Notes under the pieces: model-generated | The model's input: the letters and a program-made list of their open reading frames with translations, nothing else | What the model was told of the DNA's origin: nothing | Databases searched by the model: none | Program-made: the position numbers and the translations under genes | Source: a virus | Taxonomy: Duplodnaviria; Caudoviricetes | IMG/VR virus record: IMGVR_UViG_3300023293_000013 | Location: 1-60,145 of that record | Direction: 5' to 3' (one strand) | DNA: 60,145 nucleotides | Shown: one piece after another, positions 35,395 to 45,886 of the stretch | Numbering within the stretch: the first letter of the stretch is position 1 | Layout of the letters: every line of letters begins with the position of its first letter

Positions 35395-37221
35395 ATGACT
35401 ACTTATAAGGGGATCAATGGAACAGCGGTTCAGAATTACGCTGGCAACATTCCTAATCCAGTAGAGGGTCAAGTTTGGTACGACAGTACTAATGCCGATT
35501 TCAAATATCAATATCCAAATTTAACGACAGCAGGAGCATGGAGAACTCAAGCTAGTTTAAATACAGCAAGATATGCTGCGGGAGGAAATGTAGGAACTAC
35601 TTCAGCTGAAAGTTTATGTTTTGGTGGAGCTGGTTCACCTTTAATTGCAAATACAGAAAATTGGAATGGATCCGCTTGGACTGAAGTTAATGATTTAAAC
35701 ACTGCAAGATATGGAATGGGTGGTTTTGGAGTTAATACTGCAGCAATAAGTGCAGGTGGATATGACACTGGACCAACAGTAATTACAGAATCTTGGAATG
35801 GAACAAGTTGGACGGAAGTTAACGATTTAAGTGATGGACGATACGGATCAGCAAGTGCTGGAACTTCCACTGCTGGAATAATAGCTGGTGGAGGAGCAGC
35901 AGGTGACATGGCTACAACAACAGAAATTTGGAATGGTACTAGTTGGACTGAAGTAAACGATTTAAATAAAAAAAGAAGAAACCTTAGGGGATCTGGAACA
36001 ACAACATCTATGGTAGCTTACGCTGGTTTTAATTCTCCTGCTGACCAATTTACTGCTGATACAGAATTATGGAATGGATCTTCATGGACAGAAGTTAATA
36101 ATATGAATACAGGTAAATATAATATGGCAGGAGCTGGTCAATCAAGTACATCTGCTTTATCAGCTGGAGGAGAGACTAGTCCAGATGCAACTTCTGCATT
36201 AACAGAACAATGGAATGGAACAAGTTGGACGGAAGTTAACGATTTAAATACTGGAAGATTTGGTGTTGTAGGAAATGGTAGTGTAACTTCTGCATTAGTT
36301 TTTGGTGGATCTTTACCAGGATATACAACAGTAACCGAAGAATGGACAGGTCCAGGTGCACCAATTGGTGCGTGGTCTACAGGTGGTAGTTTGAATACTG
36401 CTAGACAACATTCAGGTGGAGCAGGAACAACAGCAGCTGGTTTAATTTTTGGTGGAGGAACACCCTCAAATTCAGCACTTACAGAATCTTATGATGGAAC
36501 AACTTGGACAGAAGTAAACGATTTGAATACAGCTAGAACTAGTTTAGGATCAGCAGGTCAAGTTAATACAGCAGCTTTAGCTTTTGGTGGAGGTTATCCA
36601 CCAAATTTTGCACAAACTGAAACTTGGAATGGAACTAGCTGGACTGAAGTTGGTGACTTAAATAGTGCTAGAAGATCTGTAGGTGGTTTTGGAACAAATA
36701 CATCTGCCATATGTTGTGGTGGAATTATATCATCAAACTCAGCATTAACAGAATCTTATAACGGAACTAGTTGGACAGAAGTTGGAGATTTAAATGCTGC
36801 AAGAAGAGATATTGGAGCTGCAGGAACAGATAATACATCTGGTTTAGTTTTTGGTGGAAATCAAGCACCTCCAACTTCAGCATTAACTGAAACTTGGAAT
36901 GGTACTAGTTGGACTGAAGTTGGAGATTTAAATACTGCAAGATTGGGTGTTAGTGGATCTGGAACTAATACAGCTAGTTTAGCTTTTGGTGGTGAAGCAC
37001 CTCCTGCACCAGGTACAGCAGTAACAGAAGAATGGAATGGATCTGCTTGGACAGAAGTTGCGGATTTATCTACAGCTAGAGCAAAACCAGGATCTAGTTC
37101 AGGAACAACAACTAGTAGTGCATTTGCAGCTGGTGGAACTCCAGATGGCAGTGCAGTTACAGCAGCAACAGAAGAGTGGAGTTCTAGCTCAAATGTGGTA
37201 AAAACAATAACAACAAGTTAA
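35395..37221 (+). CDS. Kelch-like repeat receptor-binding protein (two propellers)
   Basis: ~12 units of FGG...TE.WNGTSWTEV.DLNTAR. Confidence 0.75.
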   Translation: MTTYKGINGTAVQNYAGNIPNPVEGQVWYDSTNADFKYQYPNLTTAGAWRTQASLNTARYAAGGNVGTTSAESLCFGGAGSPLIANTENWNGSAWTEVNDLNTARYGMGGFGVNTAAISAGGYDTGPTVITESWNGTSWTEVNDLSDGRYGSASAGTSTAGIIAGGGAAGDMATTTEIWNGTSWTEVNDLNKKRRNLRGSGTTTSMVAYAGFNSPADQFTADTELWNGSSWTEVNNMNTGKYNMAGAGQSSTSALSAGGETSPDATSALTEQWNGTSWTEVNDLNTGRFGVVGNGSVTSALVFGGSLPGYTTVTEEWTGPGAPIGAWSTGGSLNTARQHSGGAGTTAAGLIFGGGTPSNSALTESYDGTTWTEVNDLNTARTSLGSAGQVNTAALAFGGGYPPNFAQTETWNGTSWTEVGDLNSARRSVGGFGTNTSAICCGGIISSNSALTESYNGTSWTEVGDLNAARRDIGAAGTDNTSGLVFGGNQAPPTSALTETWNGTSWTEVGDLNTARLGVSGSGTNTASLAFGGEAPPAPGTAVTEEWNGSAWTEVADLSTARAKPGSSSGTTTSSAFAAGGTPDGSAVTAATEEWSSSSNVVKTITTS

Positions 37222-37237
37222 TAATAAGGAGAAAACT

Positions 37238-37546
37238 ATGGCAAAAACATATCAATACTGTGTAGCGACAAACTGGGGAAAGGGTTTCATCGATCATGTT
37301 GAATCTTCTAGAATCACGTTTAAGGGCTTACCTGGTGATGTTTGGCAAGTTCCCGCATACAACAAACACGGTAATCTTTGGATTGCTAAAGTTGCAGGAG
37401 TTGTTAAAACGGTAACTGAGGCACAGGCGATTGTTGATGCAGAGGTTCAAGCAGCACAAGCTGCGTGGGACGCTTTACCTGATGCTGAGAAAGCACCAGC
37501 AGTAGAGATGAACACAAGACCTACTGACATAACATTAGAGGACTAA
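37238..37546 (+). CDS. Hypothetical tail-associated protein
   Basis: AAGGAG RBS. Confidence 0.7.
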   Translation: MAKTYQYCVATNWGKGFIDHVESSRITFKGLPGDVWQVPAYNKHGNLWIAKVAGVVKTVTEAQAIVDAEVQAAQAAWDALPDAEKAPAVEMNTRPTDITLED

Positions 37547-37553
37547 ATTTAAA

Positions 37554-38528
37554 ATGGCTGAGTACAAAGGCATTCATGGCACGAAGGTGCAAGACTATAC
37601 TACGGATCCCGATAATCCTATAACGGGACAGGTGTGGTATAATGAAACTGCAAATACTTTAAAAGTTCAATCTGTAACAACAGCTGGAGCGTGGGCTACA
37701 GGTGGAAATTTGAATACGGGAAGAACAGCTTCAGCAGCAGCAGGGACTCAAACAGCTGCATTAGCATTTGGTGGAAATCCTCCAGATCCTGCAACAGCTT
37801 TAACGGAATCTTATAACGGAACAGCATGGACAGAAGTTAATGACTTAAACACTGCAAGAAGAGAGTTCTCTGGTGCAGGTACTCAAACTGCTGCTTTAGC
37901 TTTTGCTGGCTTTACAACTCCGCCAGATGTTATGTATGCAAATACAGAAACCTGGAATGGAACTTCTTGGACAGAAGTAGCAGATCTAAACACTGCAAGA
38001 CTACAACTTGCAGGAGGAGGAGCAGATAACACAGCAGCATTAGCTTTTGGAGGTTATACAATACCTACAGTATCTGCATTAACAGAATCTTGGAATGGTT
38101 CCAGTTGGACAGAAGTTGGAGATTTAAATTTAGCAAGACGACTTATATCAGGAGATGGAACAATCACATCAGCTTTAGCTTTTGGTGGTTGGACACCGTA
38201 TTATGCACAAACAGAATCTTGGAACGGAACAAGTTGGACTGAAGTGGCAGATTTGAATACCGCAAGATATGGTATGGGAGGTGCAGGATCAGATAATACT
38301 TCTTCTCTAGGTTTTGGAGGAGTTGCTCCTCCTGGATCAAATACAGCAGCAACAGAATTATGGAATGGTTCTAGTTGGGCTGAAACAACAGATTTAAATG
38401 CTACTAGATTTTATTCATCTGCAACAGGAACATCTACAGCAGCATTATGTATTGGTGGCCCCGGTACAGCAACAGAAGAATGGACAGGTGCAGGTTCACC
38501 ACAAGTAAGAACAATAACAACAGATTAA
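37554..38528 (+). CDS. Kelch-like repeat receptor-binding protein (one propeller)
   Basis: ~6 repeat units; NP.TGQVWYN N-terminal module. Confidence 0.75.
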   Translation: MAEYKGIHGTKVQDYTTDPDNPITGQVWYNETANTLKVQSVTTAGAWATGGNLNTGRTASAAAGTQTAALAFGGNPPDPATALTESYNGTAWTEVNDLNTARREFSGAGTQTAALAFAGFTTPPDVMYANTETWNGTSWTEVADLNTARLQLAGGGADNTAALAFGGYTIPTVSALTESWNGSSWTEVGDLNLARRLISGDGTITSALAFGGWTPYYAQTESWNGTSWTEVADLNTARYGMGGAGSDNTSSLGFGGVAPPGSNTAATELWNGSSWAETTDLNATRFYSSATGTSTAALCIGGPGTATEEWTGAGSPQVRTITTD

Positions 38529-38530
38529 TT

Positions 38531-39481
38531 ATGACAACATACAAAGAAATATTTGGCACAAACATTGAAGCAGTATCCTCGGATCCTGCGAATCCTGTTA
38601 CAGGACAAGTTTGGTACAACACAACAACTAATGTTGTTAAAGGTCAAGGTTATGCAACAGCTGCTTGGGCTACAGGAGGAAATTTAAATACGGCTAGAGT
38701 ATTTATAGGATCAGCGGGAGTTAAAGATTCAACACTAGGTTTTGGTGGTAATCCAGGTATTGTAGCATTAACAGAATCTTATAATGGAACTAGTTGGACT
38801 GAAGTTGCAGATTTAAATACGGGTAGATATACATTAGCAGGAGCGGGTGTAAGTAATACTTCTGCATTAGCTTTTGGTGGAAGACCATCTCCAACCCCAG
38901 TTGGAGCAGAAACTGAAAGTTGGAACGGAACTTCTTGGACAGAAGTTGCTGACTTAAATACAGCTAGATCAACTTTAACAGGTGGTGGAACAAATACTTC
39001 TGCATTAGCTTTTGGAGGTACAACTAATTCTACTGAACTTTGGAATGGAACTAGTTGGACAGCAAATCCAAGTTCTTTAAATACATCAAGAAATTATTTA
39101 GGAGGGGTGGCAACTAATAGCACTTCTGCTTTAGCTTTTGGCGGAACTTCTAGTTCAGCAACAACAGAATCATGGAATGGAAGTAGTTGGACTGAAGTAA
39201 ATGATTTAAACACTGGAAGAGAAAAATTAGCAGGTGCTGGAATTTATACAGCAGCTTTAGCTTTCGGTGGAACACCACCAGCTACAGGGAAAACGGAAGT
39301 TTGGAATGGAACTAGTTGGACTGAAGATACAGATATGTCTACAGCTAGAGATGGTTTAGGTGGAGCTGGAACAAACAGTTCAGCACTAGCTTTTGGTGGA
39401 GGAGATGATGTCCCAGTATCAACAGCAACCGAAGAATGGACAGGAGCAGGACCTGTAACTGTTACATTTACAGATTCTTAA
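38531..39481 (+). CDS. Kelch-like repeat receptor-binding protein (one propeller)
   Basis: Start corrected to MTTYKEIFGT by comparison with its paralogs. Confidence 0.75.
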   Translation: MTTYKEIFGTNIEAVSSDPANPVTGQVWYNTTTNVVKGQGYATAAWATGGNLNTARVFIGSAGVKDSTLGFGGNPGIVALTESYNGTSWTEVADLNTGRYTLAGAGVSNTSALAFGGRPSPTPVGAETESWNGTSWTEVADLNTARSTLTGGGTNTSALAFGGTTNSTELWNGTSWTANPSSLNTSRNYLGGVATNSTSALAFGGTSSSATTESWNGSSWTEVNDLNTGREKLAGAGIYTAALAFGGTPPATGKTEVWNGTSWTEDTDMSTARDGLGGAGTNSSALAFGGGDDVPVSTATEEWTGAGPVTVTFTDS

Positions 39482-39537
39482 ACCTTGTAATAATTTTTAA
39501 ATAGGTTATATATCTATTAAACATAAAGGAGACAGAA

Positions 39538-40215
39538 ATGAAAAAAGACGTAAAAGATTTAATTCAACAAGAAGAAACTCATTTAAATAATCTATTAGAA
39601 CAAAACGATCTTACTGATTTTAAAGGTATGGTTGATGAACTTAGAGACACTTGGAGTAAAAAACAAATGTTTCGAACAGAGACTGAAGCAAGATTTTCAG
39701 TACTTCAAGATAATAGATACCCCACTAAAGCCTCAAAATATTGGCAGTGTGTTAGAGAACAAGCAAGTTACTTAGATAATTTAATGACACTATCCTTTGA
39801 TTACAGAAGAAACGAAGCAAAAATTAAATGGTTAGAGAAAAAAACTGAGTCTGAACAAGACGAATACAAATTAACTAAGTATCAAATTGATTTAGATGAA
39901 GCTAAATTTGGTAAAGCCTCTATGGAGAAAACGGCTAAACATAGAATGAGAGAAATTAAAATGTGGTCTAATTTAAAAGGTGAATTTAATGACGGATCTT
40001 TTAATGACAAAGATGTTAACGCACATCAACTAGAATCTTATGGTATGCAATATCATGAGAAAGCAAAATCATTAAATGCAAGTTCATCAGAAGCTGAAGT
40101 GTTTAATATCATGGGACAACTTCAATCCTTACAAAGAATTAAAAAGTCTGGTGAATTAGAAAACAGTTACAAAGAGAAAGAACAAATTGAACAACATGGA
40201 AAACCAAAATCTTAA
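39538..40215 (+). CDS. Coiled-coil hypothetical protein
   Basis: AAGGAG RBS; YPTKASKYWQCVREQ. Confidence 0.75.
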   Translation: MKKDVKDLIQQEETHLNNLLEQNDLTDFKGMVDELRDTWSKKQMFRTETEARFSVLQDNRYPTKASKYWQCVREQASYLDNLMTLSFDYRRNEAKIKWLEKKTESEQDEYKLTKYQIDLDEAKFGKASMEKTAKHRMREIKMWSNLKGEFNDGSFNDKDVNAHQLESYGMQYHEKAKSLNASSSEAEVFNIMGQLQSLQRIKKSGELENSYKEKEQIEQHGKPKS

Positions 40216-40861
40216 TTTTGATTTTGTATTTTTAGGTCAATCAATACTAAAGTATCAAGTACCATTAGATATTTTTAGTGCTATTAATCAAATTTACGAA
40301 CAGAACTTTCATAACCTTGCACCCGCTAATAAACAGTTAGTAGGTAAGATAGAGAATGAACACTCTTTATTTTATAATGGTCAAGATCAATCCAAGATGA
40401 AGAATCACAATATATTACCAAGAAATGTAACTGATTATTTTATGATGATCTTTAAACACTATTTAGCATTTAATAAAATTAAAGAATATGATACTCATCT
40501 AAATTCTATTTGGGTTAATGAAATGAAACAACATGAATACAATCCTGCACACATTCATAGAGGTATGTTGTTTACAGGTTTATCTTCTGTTATGATTTTA
40601 AAAATGCCATCAACTTTTGGTAAAGAATATTCTAATGATGCCATACCACAAAATGGTAGATTACAAATACTAGGTGCAAGTAATGGTCAGTTTGCAAAAA
40701 TAGATTATCAACCGCCAATGGACCTTAGAGATTTTTATGTGTTTCCTTATGATATGAGACACTGTGTGTATCCATTTAATGGAACGACCGAGACAAGAAG
40801 AACATTAGCTGCAAACTGTGATGTACAGTTTGATCCAATTAAAAACAGAGGAGCCGTATGA
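40196..40861 (+). CDS. 2OG-Fe(II) oxygenase-like protein
   Basis: WVN...EYNPAHIH...FPYDMRHCVYPF...RRTLAAN. Confidence 0.8.
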   Translation: MENQNLNFDFVFLGQSILKYQVPLDIFSAINQIYEQNFHNLAPANKQLVGKIENEHSLFYNGQDQSKMKNHNILPRNVTDYFMMIFKHYLAFNKIKEYDTHLNSIWVNEMKQHEYNPAHIHRGMLFTGLSSVMILKMPSTFGKEYSNDAIPQNGRLQILGASNGQFAKIDYQPPMDLRDFYVFPYDMRHCVYPFNGTTETRRTLAANCDVQFDPIKNRGAV

Positions 40862-41442
40862 TAACAGAACCAAGATGGAGATCGTTTATAGTTGAAACTA
40901 CAACACCTATTTTTACACCTGAACAATGTAAAATGATTATAGATGCAGGAAGATCAGAGCCTAAACAAGATGCTGCAGTTGGAAATAAAGAAGGAATTAA
41001 AGGAGGAGTAGTAGATACTAAAACTAGAACTTCACACATTAGTTGGATACCATTTAAAAAAATGACAGACATGTACAAAGACATTGAGCGTATAATGAAG
41101 ACAACTAATGGTAATCATTTTGGTTTTGATGGAATGACATTAACTGAACCTGCACAATACACAGAGTATCCTGAAGGAGGATTCTATGATTGGCATGTTG
41201 ATAATGATGTGAACATGGCTCATGAACCCCCTGTTAGAAAAATATCAATGACTTGTTTGTTGTCTCCTGAGAATGAATTTGAGGGTGGAGATTTAGAATT
41301 AATGAGTGAGGGTAAGATTGCAAAACTTAAACAAGGTCATGCAGTATTCTTTGCATCATTTATAAGACATAGAGTAACACCTGTTATACGTGGCAAAAGA
41401 AATTCACTTGTTATGTGGTTTGGAGGAACACCCTTTAAATAA
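40858..41442 (+). CDS. 2OG-Fe(II) oxygenase (prolyl-4-hydroxylase/PKHD-like)
   Basis: YDWHVD...RKIS...EGGDL...FASFIRHRVTPV..G.R.SLV.W. Confidence 0.88.
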   Translation: MITEPRWRSFIVETTTPIFTPEQCKMIIDAGRSEPKQDAAVGNKEGIKGGVVDTKTRTSHISWIPFKKMTDMYKDIERIMKTTNGNHFGFDGMTLTEPAQYTEYPEGGFYDWHVDNDVNMAHEPPVRKISMTCLLSPENEFEGGDLELMSEGKIAKLKQGHAVFFASFIRHRVTPVIRGKRNSLVMWFGGTPFK

Positions 41443-42032
41443 TGTTTAGAGAATTACATTTTCCAACACCTATCTATATTGCAGACATAGTTCACCCAAC
41501 TCTTAATCAAGAACTTGAGAGAGATATTGTAGCTTGGTCTAATAAAGATAAAGGATTAACTAGAACTAATGTAAAAGGTTGGCACTCAACAACTAATATG
41601 CATGAACTTCCAGAGTATGCAAAATTAGTTGATATGTTATATGCTTCACAAAGAACTGTTTACAAACAAGAGCATTTAGATAGTGAGCCTTTCTTAGGTA
41701 ATATGTGGGCTAATATAAATCCACCAGGTGGAATGAATAGAGCACATCAACATCCAAACTCATTATGGTCTGGTGTTTATTATATAAAAGCTTCTAAAAA
41801 TTCTGGTCATTTAAAAATAGATGATCCAAGATCTGTCGCTTGTATGTCAAGACCTAAACAAAAAGAAGGTCCAGTACCCGCAAGATTATATAGAGAAACA
41901 CATTACGAACCAAAAGCAGGACGTTTAATTATGTTTCCATCATGGTTAATGCATTGTGTTGATCCTAACGAATCTAATGATATAAGAATATCAGTATCTT
42001 TTAATTTTTTACAAAAAGGTATGTTTGTATGA
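41442..42032 (+). CDS. 2OG-Fe(II) oxygenase (TIGR02466-like)
   Basis: WANINPPGG.N..HQHPNSLWSGVYY...FPSWLMHCV.PN...RISVSFN. Confidence 0.85.
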   Translation: MFRELHFPTPIYIADIVHPTLNQELERDIVAWSNKDKGLTRTNVKGWHSTTNMHELPEYAKLVDMLYASQRTVYKQEHLDSEPFLGNMWANINPPGGMNRAHQHPNSLWSGVYYIKASKNSGHLKIDDPRSVACMSRPKQKEGPVPARLYRETHYEPKAGRLIMFPSWLMHCVDPNESNDIRISVSFNFLQKGMFV

Positions 42033-42352
42033 TGATACATAAAGACCAAATTGTATTCAGAGAAAAACATCTTCAAACAGAAGAAGGTAGAATGAGTCAA
42101 ACGGAAAATGAAACATGGAAAAAATTAAAAATAGATATAGAAAAAAATGGTATAATTAATCCTTTAATATGCACTGAAAAAGATGGTAAGTATAGATTGT
42201 GCATGGGGATGAGAAGATTTATTGCCGGTTGTATACTTGGTATAGAAAATTATAAAATAGAAATAGTGCCTGATGAAGAAGTAGATACTCTTATGAATGC
42301 TACAAGTAAGTATCAAAAAAAACATAAAGATGGAACAGATATATCACTATGA
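42029..42352 (+). CDS. ParB/Srx-like N-terminal domain protein
   Basis: LK.DIEKNGIINPLI...Y.L..G.RR..A...LG. Confidence 0.7.
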   Translation: MMIHKDQIVFREKHLQTEEGRMSQTENETWKKLKIDIEKNGIINPLICTEKDGKYRLCMGMRRFIAGCILGIENYKIEIVPDEEVDTLMNATSKYQKKHKDGTDISL

Positions 42353-42999
42353 CATTTCAAACTAATAAATATCAAGTAATCAAGAACGCTTTATCTTATG
42401 ATATGGCTAACTTTATATTAAATTACTTCCTACTTAAAAGAGATGCAGTTAATTTTATGTATCAAAATAATCTACATTCACAGTCCCCTATACTTGGAAT
42501 ATGGACAGATCAACAGATACCTAATACTTTTTCTTGTTATGGGGATTTTGTAATGGATACATTGCTAATGAAGATGTTACCTGTTATGAAACAACAAACA
42601 AACTTAGATCTTATCCCAACGTATTCTTATGCTAGAGCCTATAAAAAAGGGGACGAACTTAAAAGACACAAAGATAGACCTTCTTGTGAGATATCTTGTA
42701 CCCTTAATTTAGGAGGAGACCCTTGGCCTATATTCATAGATGGCACGGGAGCAAACAATGTTATAGATGAGTATAAAAATATTCATAAACCAGGCGCTCC
42801 TGCAGGCACTAAAGTCTTGCTTGAAGTAGGAGATATGTTAGTATATAGTGGCTGTGAACTTGAACATTGGCGAGAGCCTTTTGACGGGAACATATGCGGT
42901 CAAGTATTTCTACATTATAATCATGTAAATGGCCCATTTGCTGAGAAAAACAAATTCGATGGAAGACCTATGTTAGGCCTACCCGCATTTGTAAAATAG
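42349..42999 (+). CDS. 2OG-Fe(II) oxygenase-like protein
   Basis: PTYSYAR.Y..G..L..HKDRPSCEIS...GDMLVY.GC.LEHWRE. Confidence 0.82.
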   Translation: MTFQTNKYQVIKNALSYDMANFILNYFLLKRDAVNFMYQNNLHSQSPILGIWTDQQIPNTFSCYGDFVMDTLLMKMLPVMKQQTNLDLIPTYSYARAYKKGDELKRHKDRPSCEISCTLNLGGDPWPIFIDGTGANNVIDEYKNIHKPGAPAGTKVLLEVGDMLVYSGCELEHWREPFDGNICGQVFLHYNHVNGPFAEKNKFDGRPMLGLPAFVK

Positions 43000-43016
43000 T
43001 ATTATAATGGATTTAT

Positions 43017-45194
43017 ATGTTACAAAAAATAGGTTTTCAACCAGGTTTTAACAAACAAATTACAGAAACCACTGCCGAAGGACAATGGGTAGATGGTGAT
43101 AATGTAAGGTTTCGTTATGGTACACCAGAGAAGATAGGCGGCTGGGCTCAACTAGGTGAAAATAAAATGACAGGTTCTGCAAGAGCCTTGTTTCATTTAG
43201 TTAATAAATCAGGAAACAAATATTCAATTATAGGTACTAACAGAATTTTATACGCTTATACAGGTGGTGTATTTTATGACATCCATCCAATCAAATCGAC
43301 AACAACTTTAACTAATGCATTCTCAACTACTAATGGTTCAACAACGGTTACTATAACTTTTGCAACAGCTCATAATATAGATGCAAATGATATAATTTTA
43401 TTAGATAGTTTTACAGCAATTACAGGTTCCGATTATACCGCAGCAGATTTTGATGAAAAAAAATTCATGGTTACTTCTAAAGTGAATAATACAACTATTA
43501 CAATTACTATGCCAAGTGCTGAAACAGGTGCGGGTGCTACAACATCTGGTGGTATTAGAATACAACATTATTATCCAGTAGGACCCGCAGAACAACTTCC
43601 AGGTTTTGGTTGGGGTTTAGGTCAGTATGGTGGAACTGTTACAGGAGAAGCAACAACTACTTTAGTAAATAGTATTAATGCAGTTCAAACAACAGGTATT
43701 TTACTAACTGATGCATCACAGTTTCCAACAGCAGGAACTAACTTTGTTCAAATAGGTACAGAGGAATTATCTTATACTGGAATTTCTTCTAATGAATTAA
43801 CAGGGGTCACAAGAGGAGTTAGAAACACAACTGCAGCAATTCATAATGCAGGAGTAACAATTACTAATTCTTCTGATTACATTGCATGGGGAGAAGCTGC
43901 ATCAGGTGATTTAGTTATTGATCCAGGCTTATGGAGTCTTGACGGTTTTGGTACAAAAGTAATTGCATTAATCCATAATGCACAAGTATTTGAATGGGAT
44001 TCAAATCTTTCAAATGCTGTAACAACTAGAGCAACAATTATTAGTGGTGCACCAACAGCATCCCGTGATATGTTAGTGTCAACTCCCGATCGTCACTTAG
44101 TATTCTTTGGAACTGAATTAACAATTGGTGATCCAACAACACAAGATGAAATGTTTATTAGATTCTCTAATCAAGAAGATATTAATACCTATCAACCTAC
44201 AGCAGTTAATACCGCAGGTACACAAAGACTTGCCGATGGATCTAAAATTGTAGGTGCCGTTAGAGGTAGAGATGCAACCTATGTTTGGACCGATACATCT
44301 TTATTTACTATGAGATTTATTGGTCAACCATTTACATTTGGTTTTCAACAAGTAGGAACTAACTGTGGATTAATTGGTCAAAACGCAGCACTTGAAGTTG
44401 ATGGTGCAGCTTATTGGATGTCAGAAAATGGTTTCTTTAAATACTCTGGTAATCTAGAGTCAATGGTTTGTTTAGTAGAAGATTTTGTTTTTGATGATTT
44501 AAATACAACAGCTAACCAATTAATTAATGTTGGTTTAAATAATTTATTTGGTGAAATTACTTGGTTCTATTGCACATCAAGTTCAACTATTGTTAATAGA
44601 TGTGTAACCTATAATTATCTAGACTCACGTCCAGAAAGACCTGTTTGGACAACAGGAAGTTTGGCTCGTGGCTCATGGACAGATTCTTCTGTATTTGGTT
44701 TACCTCATGCAACTTCATTTAATGCATCAGATAATTCATCTTATGATGTAATAGGAAACACAGATGGTACTTCAATTTACTTTGAACATGAAAAAGGAAC
44801 TGATCAAGTAGCAAGTGGAACAGTCACAGCCATTACATCTAACATTGAATCAGGAGACTTTGATATTACTCAAGCTCGTACTTCTCAAGGACAACAAACA
44901 GGTGTTGCAACCTTTAAAGGAGATGGTGAATACATTATGAAGATTAGAAGATTTATACCTGACTTTTTATCACAAACAGGTGATACTCAAGTGACATTAC
45001 AATTAAGAGACTATCCAAATAATTCACAATCAAGTTCACCACTTGGACCCTTTACAATTACAAGTTCTACTGATAAGGTAGATACACGTGCAAGGGCTAG
45101 AGCAATTGCATTAAAGGTAGCTAATACAGGTGTTTCTCAAAGTTGGAAACTAGGTACATTTAGATTAGATACACAACCGGATGGACGTAGATAA
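43017..45194 (+). CDS. Tail nozzle / packaged-DNA stabilization protein (gp10/tubular B-like)
   Basis: 725 aa; RFRYGTPEKIGGW N-terminus; position before the ejection genes. Confidence 0.65.
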   Translation: MLQKIGFQPGFNKQITETTAEGQWVDGDNVRFRYGTPEKIGGWAQLGENKMTGSARALFHLVNKSGNKYSIIGTNRILYAYTGGVFYDIHPIKSTTTLTNAFSTTNGSTTVTITFATAHNIDANDIILLDSFTAITGSDYTAADFDEKKFMVTSKVNNTTITITMPSAETGAGATTSGGIRIQHYYPVGPAEQLPGFGWGLGQYGGTVTGEATTTLVNSINAVQTTGILLTDASQFPTAGTNFVQIGTEELSYTGISSNELTGVTRGVRNTTAAIHNAGVTITNSSDYIAWGEAASGDLVIDPGLWSLDGFGTKVIALIHNAQVFEWDSNLSNAVTTRATIISGAPTASRDMLVSTPDRHLVFFGTELTIGDPTTQDEMFIRFSNQEDINTYQPTAVNTAGTQRLADGSKIVGAVRGRDATYVWTDTSLFTMRFIGQPFTFGFQQVGTNCGLIGQNAALEVDGAAYWMSENGFFKYSGNLESMVCLVEDFVFDDLNTTANQLINVGLNNLFGEITWFYCTSSSTIVNRCVTYNYLDSRPERPVWTTGSLARGSWTDSSVFGLPHATSFNASDNSSYDVIGNTDGTSIYFEHEKGTDQVASGTVTAITSNIESGDFDITQARTSQGQQTGVATFKGDGEYIMKIRRFIPDFLSQTGDTQVTLQLRDYPNNSQSSSPLGPFTITSSTDKVDTRARARAIALKVANTGVSQSWKLGTFRLDTQPDGRR

Positions 45195-45373
45195 TGGCTA
45201 AAGTAACTGTAGTATTTACAAGGCCTAGTAAAGAATACAAACAACAAGATGCTAATTCTTTGGTTAGAGATTTAGACGGATTGATCGAAAAATTAAACTC
45301 AACTTTTCAACAAGATTTAAGAGATGAACAACAAAGATTTAGTTGGTTCATGAGCAGTGGAAGTAAAACATAA
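45194..45373 (+). CDS. Small structural protein (59 aa)
   Basis: Manual translation; TAATG-coupled on both sides. Confidence 0.6.
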   Translation: MAKVTVVFTRPSKEYKQQDANSLVRDLDGLIEKLNSTFQQDLRDEQQRFSWFMSSGSKT

Positions 45374-45702
45374 TGGCTAATAGATATAGAAATGCACAAT
45401 TTGATTTAACGACAACTAATGCAACAGACATTTATACTGTACCCTCTGAGTCTAGAGCAATCATTCAAAATATTCATACAGCTAATGTGGGTGGTGGTAA
45501 CACTGAAATTAAAGCTTTTATATATGATACGTCTGAAGGTAGAGCTTATCAATTTGCTGAACATACTGTTAACTCAGGTGATTCTAAATCTATATCTGAT
45601 GGAACAATTATATTAGAAGAGAGTGACAAATTACAATTACAATCAGCAACAGCTGATATATTTGAAGGAACAATATCAATATTAGAATTTGACAGGACAT
45701 AG
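45373..45702 (+). CDS. Virion structural protein
   Basis: YTVP...ILEESDKL pattern. Confidence 0.7.
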   Translation: MANRYRNAQFDLTTTNATDIYTVPSESRAIIQNIHTANVGGGNTEIKAFIYDTSEGRAYQFAEHTVNSGDSKSISDGTIILEESDKLQLQSATADIFEGTISILEFDRT

Positions 45703-45703
45703 T

Positions 45704-45874
45704 ATGATAGAAATAAAACCTGAAGATATAATAGAAACTATAAGTAATCTTAAAACAGGCGAAGTATATAAGGACGATAATGAGTGGAAATCAAAGGGAA
45801 TACCTGTAGAAGACATTCGAAGAGACATAAAACTTATCATGCCAAGCCTTGATATTTTTGGAAAAACAAAATAG
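45704..45874 (+). CDS. Small hypothetical protein
   Basis: ATG after AGGA. Confidence 0.55.
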   Translation: MIEIKPEDIIETISNLKTGEVYKDDNEWKSKGIPVEDIRRDIKLIMPSLDIFGKTK

Positions 45875-45886
45875 AATAGATAAATT

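Noticed and set aside
35395-39481. Diversity-generating retroelement or shufflon
   Set aside because: No reverse transcriptase or invertase seen, and no non-coding template repeat with adenine-specific differences.
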